Below are positions 61,601 to 64,000 of a DNA stretch of 64,000 nt, piece after piece. The translations under genes and the position numbers were made by a program. The notes under the pieces were generated by a model, which was given only the letters and a program-made list of their open reading frames with translations, was not told the origin of the DNA and ran no database searches. Within the stretch, counting starts at the first letter, position 1. Each line of letters opens with the position of its first letter. The DNA comes from Octopus sinensis (lineage: Eukaryota), in the NCBI RefSeq assembly GCF_006345805.1, contig NC_043000.1, forward strand, positions 69,564,001 through 69,628,000, in the 5' to 3' direction.

Positions 61601-62089
61601 GTTTGTATGTATGTATGTATGTATGTATGTATGTATGTGCATTTTTGCCTTGGGGATTTTTGAGTTTTCCTTTGCAGAATTAAAACCAGTTACCAACAAA
61701 GTTGCAAGGCTCTTTTGTTTAAGTGAAAAAAATCTTCATTTTTGTTTGTTTGATGTTTGTGTGTGTGAGAGTGTGTTTGTGTACGTATGTGTTTGGGTCT
61801 GTGTGTGTGTGTGTGTGCGTGTATATGTGCGTGCGCGTGTGTTTGTGTGTATGTGAGTGAGGTTCTTATCTGTATGTAACTGCGTGCAAGTGTTCAACCT
61901 AATGGAGAATCTGTGGAACGTTTTACAAATTTTCACTGGTCTTCTCATTGATTATATTTCAAGAATGTCAATGAGATAAGTTTATTATACAGACCATACT
62001 TACGCATACAGTGTATCGAATATACTCATATACGCAAACATAGATCAATGAACAAACATTTATTATTCGTATCTAGTTCCATAGCCATT

Positions 62090-63396
62090 ATTTTCAATTA
62101 CGGCCTTACAACGGTGGGACATGGAGTTCGACAAATGAACGCAAAAATCAATTGGAATGTTCTGTCATATTTCTTCAATAAAATATAATTGGGACAAATG
62201 TGTTGGTTTTTTTTAGCATGAGCTCTTTTAGAAACATAATTCCATAAATTTTCTGTCGGATTCAAATCCGGGCTCTGCGGAGGACACTTAGTAACCACCA
62301 TATTATTGCGCTCAAAATATTGCAAAAACATTCCTAGTCTTATGAACGGGACAATTGTCCTGCTGGAAAATAGATCCCGGTGGCATCTGATTATTTAGAT
62401 AGGGCATCACATTTTCATTTACTAATTGCAGATAGCCTGCACTGTTCAGTCTGCCATCGACCAACAACTTGAACCAACAACTAGGCTGCTGAACGCGGCC
62501 CACACTATTTCCCCCACCTCACGATATCGCCGTTTTTTGACACATTAAGGATGGCTTTTTTTCTGTTGGACGGCGTCTAACATAAGTCTTTCCGTCTGAT
62601 CCAAAGATGCAGAAGCAGGATTCGCTGCTCCAATATGGCTATTAGAAAACTTGATCCGCTTCCGCCGGTTCGTCTTAGAAATTATCGGCTGCTTTCGGGC
62701 GATCCAACCGAATAGTCCAAATTCTTTTAGGCGGTTTCTGATAGTTTGTAGTGTAAAGCTGATATCAGTTTCATCAGATAATTGCTTGCAAATGTCCACT
62801 GCTGTTAGCATTCGGTTACCTTCAGAGAGCCTATGAATTCGGCGATCCGTCTGTACTGTTGTATTTTTTTCTTTTTTGGAGAGCCCGTTTTTTGCCGATC
62901 TTTATATTGGCCAGTGGTTGGTAAAGCTTCCATGCTTGAACGCAAGCCATTTTACTGCATCCTAATTGCTTGCTAATGTTCATGAAGGACACATTTTGCT
63001 GATGAAGCAACATAACCTTTGAACTAGTAACTGGGCTGATACTATGATGCTTTCCCATAGTGAAGTAATGTGTAACAATGCTCGATTATTAAACAAAACA
63101 GTGCAGTACGAACAGCCCTATGACCACTATGACCCTATGACAACCCTTTGGTTTATTAATTTACATAATCTTGGTACGATCTTAAACTTATTTTGCCGAC
63201 AATTTCTAATCATTTGAATTAATTGCGTATTAAAATTATTCGAATTGTAGAAAGACATATAACGCCTACATCACTCGAAAGAGAAACAAATTCTACATAA
63301 ACTGTAAAAAGTAAAATAATTTTACAGTTTTATTAAAAATATATTAATAAAGGAATAAAACTGCCATCATCGGTCTTAAACTTATTTTGACCAGTG
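62090..63396 (-). mobile_element. Degenerate Tc1 (DD34E) transposon with one clear TIR
   Basis: TA-CACTGGTCAAAATAAGTTTAAGACC terminus. Fragmented transposase: TIRNRLKEFGL..ARK.P, VDGRLNS..Y, IFQQDN.PVH, PPQSPDLNPTENLW. Confidence 0.85.
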
Positions 63397-63400
63397 TATA

Positions 63401-63403
63401 TTA

Positions 63404-63490
<87 letters not shown>

Positions 63491-63502
63491 CAGACAGATA
63501 GA
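63401..63502. repeat. (GATA)n-(GA)n-(GACA)n microsatellite
   Basis: Direct reading of the sequence. Confidence 0.95.
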
Positions 63503-64000
63503 TATGCAGAAAGGGTGAGGTGGGGAGAGTAGCGACAGAAATGGATATACCACTGGACTGTGTGAGGAAATTTTTAGCGGCGTTCTATTAAAATGCAATG
63601 CAAGAAGTATCTAACAGTTCAGGTCATTAAGCATTGTGTATTCTACTTGAAACCCACTCAAGTTACTTACTGTGGTTTAGATGAAAGGAAAATAACTACG
63701 GGAAACTTCTCTTGCTATAAATAGGAATAAATAACTGAGAAAAAGATTCTGTACAAATAATTGAGTGGGTGGGCAATCCTAAATTCGTTAGGGTTCTTGA
63801 ATAACTATAGACATTCCACTGCACACGATGCTACCATTCCCATTAACTTTCCCTTGTACTTTGTGTCATTCCTATAATGTTAAAAATCCAGCACCCGGAA
63901 ACACTTAGAATTCATTAGAAATTTACTTCCTTAGTGATTCCCACAGATTCTTATAAATAGATACACAGTTGAATAAAATTGCCAAAACGTTTCTATAAAG

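Overview
Eukaryotic, AT-rich, repeat-dominated DNA. The SINE families, dense (CA)/(TA)/(CATA)/(AAT) microsatellites and abundant R4/Dong LINEs resemble an octopus (coleoid cephalopod) genome; this is an inference, not a database match. No host protein-coding gene, rRNA, true tRNA or CRISPR array could be supported. The window is a nest of transposons. Retroelements: about eight R4/Dong-clade RLE LINEs, two CR1-type LINE families, two Penelope-like elements (one Neptune-like, one Naiad-like) and several tRNA-derived SINE families. DNA transposons: mariner (DD34D), maT-like (DD37D), Tc1 (DD34E) and Helitron remnants. The most interesting signals are RNA-level or target-level. (1) A tRNA-headed short element ends in a minimal hammerhead ribozyme and is split by a Dong LINE inserted in its internal (AAT)n. 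(2) A CATGGCC-hairpin-AAAC 3' module with compensatory base changes is shared by two CR1 LINE families and two SINE families. (3) The Dong lineages sort by microsatellite flank, (AAT)n versus (CATA)n. (4) There are five minimal hammerhead-like motifs in three sequence families, one with a non-canonical core. Many differences between duplicated segments are 1-bp indels, so some frameshifts and duplications may be sequencing or assembly artefacts. Boundaries of degenerate elements are approximate.
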